Below are positions 62,099 to 64,000 of a DNA stretch of 64,000 bases, in pieces. The DNA is taken from NCBI GenBank assembly GCA_050952645.1, contig JBMNLI010000010.1:285644-349643 (forward strand), in the 5' to 3' direction. The notes under the pieces were generated by a model that saw only the letters and a program-made list of their open reading frames with translations, made no database searches and had not been told where the DNA came from. Position 1 is the first letter of the stretch. Each line of letters opens with the position of its first letter. Source of the stretch: Bdellovibrionota bacterium (GTDB lineage: Bacteria > Bdellovibrionota_C > UBA2361 > CAKMMH01). The translations under genes and the position numbers were made by a program.

Positions 62099-64000
62099 CT
62101 AAAACATATCTTGTGGGTCTATATCGACTACTAACTTTGTTTTACTGCGTAGCTTAATGTGTTTGTTTAAAAACGATAACGATATATTTAACTCTTTTCT
62201 ATTATCAGATTTTAAAATTATATTCCACCTATATAAATTTCTAATTTTTTCTATATACGCTGGTGCAGGCCCTAAAATTTGAATTTTTAAACCTTGCTTC
62301 GATATAACTTTTTCAAGTAATTTTCTTACTAAAACTATATCATTATAAGCTATCTCTTTTACACTATGCGATACTATTAGCCTTGCTAAAAAACTAAATG
62401 GTGGATAATTCATCTCCTTTCTTAACGAAAGCTCCTTGCTAGCAAAGCCTTGATAATCAGATTTCACAGTCTGCTCTATCGCTATATTATCTGGATTTCT
62501 CGTTTGCAAAATAACCTTACCTGCCACATCTCCTCTTCCTGCTCTGCCCGCTACTTGAGTTAAAAGCTGAAACGTTTTTTCCGTCGCTCTAAAATCTGGA
62601 AAGAAAAGACTTATATCACAATAAACTACTACTACTAAACTCACATTTGGAATATCATGCCCCTTTGCTATCATTTGAGTTCCAACTAAAATATCTACTT
62701 TGTTTTCCCTTACGTCCTTTAAAATCTTTTCATACTTTGCTAACGTCGCTGCCTCATCTCTATCTAATCTTGCTATGCTCGCATCTGGAAAAAGTAGTTT
62801 TAACTCATCGTATATTTTTTCAGTCCCTGCTCCTTTTAAAACTAGCTTCCCCTCTTCTTTATTTTTCTTGCATTCTAGGCAATCGTAAAAAACTTGCGTC
62901 TTATAATCACATTGGTGGCACTTAAGGACGTTTTCTTTTTGATGGTAAGTAAGCGTAATACTACAATTTGGGCACTTTATGGCTTCGCCACAATTTTCGC
63001 ATTGAAGAAAACTAGCAAACCCTCGCTTGTTATAAAGAATAAATATTTGCTCGCTCCTTTGTAAGGTCTCTTTTATAGCCTCGTAAAGCTCTGACGTTAT
63101 ATTGCTTGAAATCATATCCGCCCTTTTAATCTTATTTAAATTTATAATTTCAAAATTTAAATTTTGATGTCTAGCAAATCTATTTTTTAAACTTAATTTT
63201 CTATATTTTTTTAATATAACATTATAATAAGTTTCTAAAGATGGCGTTGCAGAACCTAAAACTATCGGACAACTCGAAAGCTTAGCACGCATAATCGCAA
63301 CATCCCTAGCATTATACCTAAAAGAGTCGCTCTGCTTAAAAGATGCATCATGCTCCTCATCGACTATAATTACTCCTATGTTCTCGATAGGAGCAAATAC
63401 CCCAGAGCGAGCCCCGATTATAAACGGACATTTGCCGCTTACTAAACCTGCCCAAAAAAGAGAGCGTTTGCCTTGGCTTAACCCACTATGAAGCACTGCA
63501 ATATTATCCCCTAGCCTTAACTTAAACCTATCTAGAAGTTGCGGAGTAAGGGAAATTTCAGGCACTATAAGCATCGCCGTCTTATTATTTTTTAAGGCTA
63601 CCTTTATAAGCTCTATGTAAACCTCCGTTTTACCGCTTCCAGTAACGCCATGAAGAAGGTAGGTGTTAAAATGGCTTTCTAAAATATCTTTCGAGATTAC
63701 GGCTACCGCCTTTTCTTGTTCTAACGATAAAGTTATTTCCTCTCCAAACTGCAAAGCCTTACTTTTAAAACAAGCATCGCTTTCTTTAGTCTCATTTATC
63801 GTTATTAAATTTCTTTCTTCAAATTGATTTATATTTTTAGAAATATTTTTTATTTTCTCTGAAAGCTTATCATAGGCTATCTTATTATTATTTTCCTTGA
63901 TAGTTTCTAAAATTTCTAACTGTTTTTTCCCTCTAACGCTAGAAAAATCATCGGTATTTAGCACGATTTCTTTTATCGTTTTTTCTTTTACGTATTTTAC
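62099..64000 (-). CDS. priA: Primosomal protein N' (5' end runs off the window)
   Basis: GVTGSGKTEVY, VPEISLTPQ, DEEH, CxxC zinc motifs, GTQMIAKG, QVAGRAGR; the frame is open to the window edge. Confidence 0.97.
   Translation of the reverse strand, partial: VKYVKEKTIKEIVLNTDDFSSVRGKKQLEILETIKENNNKIAYDKLSEKIKNISKNINQFEERNLITINETKESDACFKSKALQFGEEITLSLEQEKAVAVISKDILESHFNTYLLHGVTGSGKTEVYIELIKVALKNNKTAMLIVPEISLTPQLLDRFKLRLGDNIAVLHSGLSQGKRSLFWAGLVSGKCPFIIGARSGVFAPIENIGVIIVDEEHDASFKQSDSFRYNARDVAIMRAKLSSCPIVLGSATPSLETYYNVILKKYRKLSLKNRFARHQNLNFEIINLNKIKRADMISSNITSELYEAIKETLQRSEQIFILYNKRGFASFLQCENCGEAIKCPNCSITLTYHQKENVLKCHQCDYKTQVFYDCLECKKNKEEGKLVLKGAGTEKIYDELKLLFPDASIARLDRDEAATLAKYEKILKDVRENKVDILVGTQMIAKGHDIPNVSLVVVVYCDISLFFPDFRATEKTFQLLTQVAGRAGRGDVAGKVILQTRNPDNIAIEQTVKSDYQGFASKELSLRKEMNYPPFSFLARLIVSHSVKEIAYNDIVLVRKLLEKVISKQGLKIQILGPAPAYIEKIRNLYRWNIILKSDNRKELNISLSFLNKHIKLRSKTKLVVDIDPQDMF

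Overview
AT-rich chromosomal segment of a diderm, flagellated bacterium. The lineage is probably Bdellovibrionota/deltaproteobacterial-like, inferred only from gene content and style. Left to right: (1) a foreign-looking type I restriction-modification cassette (HTH regulator, hsdM and hsdR each frameshifted, intact hsdS with a TAEL repeat); (2) a Y-family polymerase between ISL3-ended MITEs; (3) tRNA-Gly/Tyr/Thr; (4) envelope genes: a GT4 glycosyltransferase, a single-ORF TamB-Omp85 fusion, an SGNH hydrolase and an RCC1-repeat surface protein; (5) a flagellar cluster fliD-flgBC-fliEF-fliHIJ-motE-like with no fliG; (6) housekeeping accBC, lgt, rsmE and tRNA-Phe; (7) a variable locus where a TadE-like pilin/Ser-rich stalk/Cys-rich tip gene, split by two +1 frameshifts, is followed by an array of secreted paralogues preceded by orphan Cys-rich 3' ends; (8) an ISL3 element nested inside a deleted IS1634-like element; (9) a compact candidate RiPP locus with an unannotated 45-aa precursor ending ...GHMADCGYS and two radical SAM enzymes, one with an MftB-like N-terminus; (10) metG, a second IS1634-like element and partial priA. 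The strongest candidates for undescribed systems are the RiPP locus (55842-58380) and the pilin-adhesin tip/partner array (42073-50007). All family assignments come from motif recognition by eye; no database searches were run.
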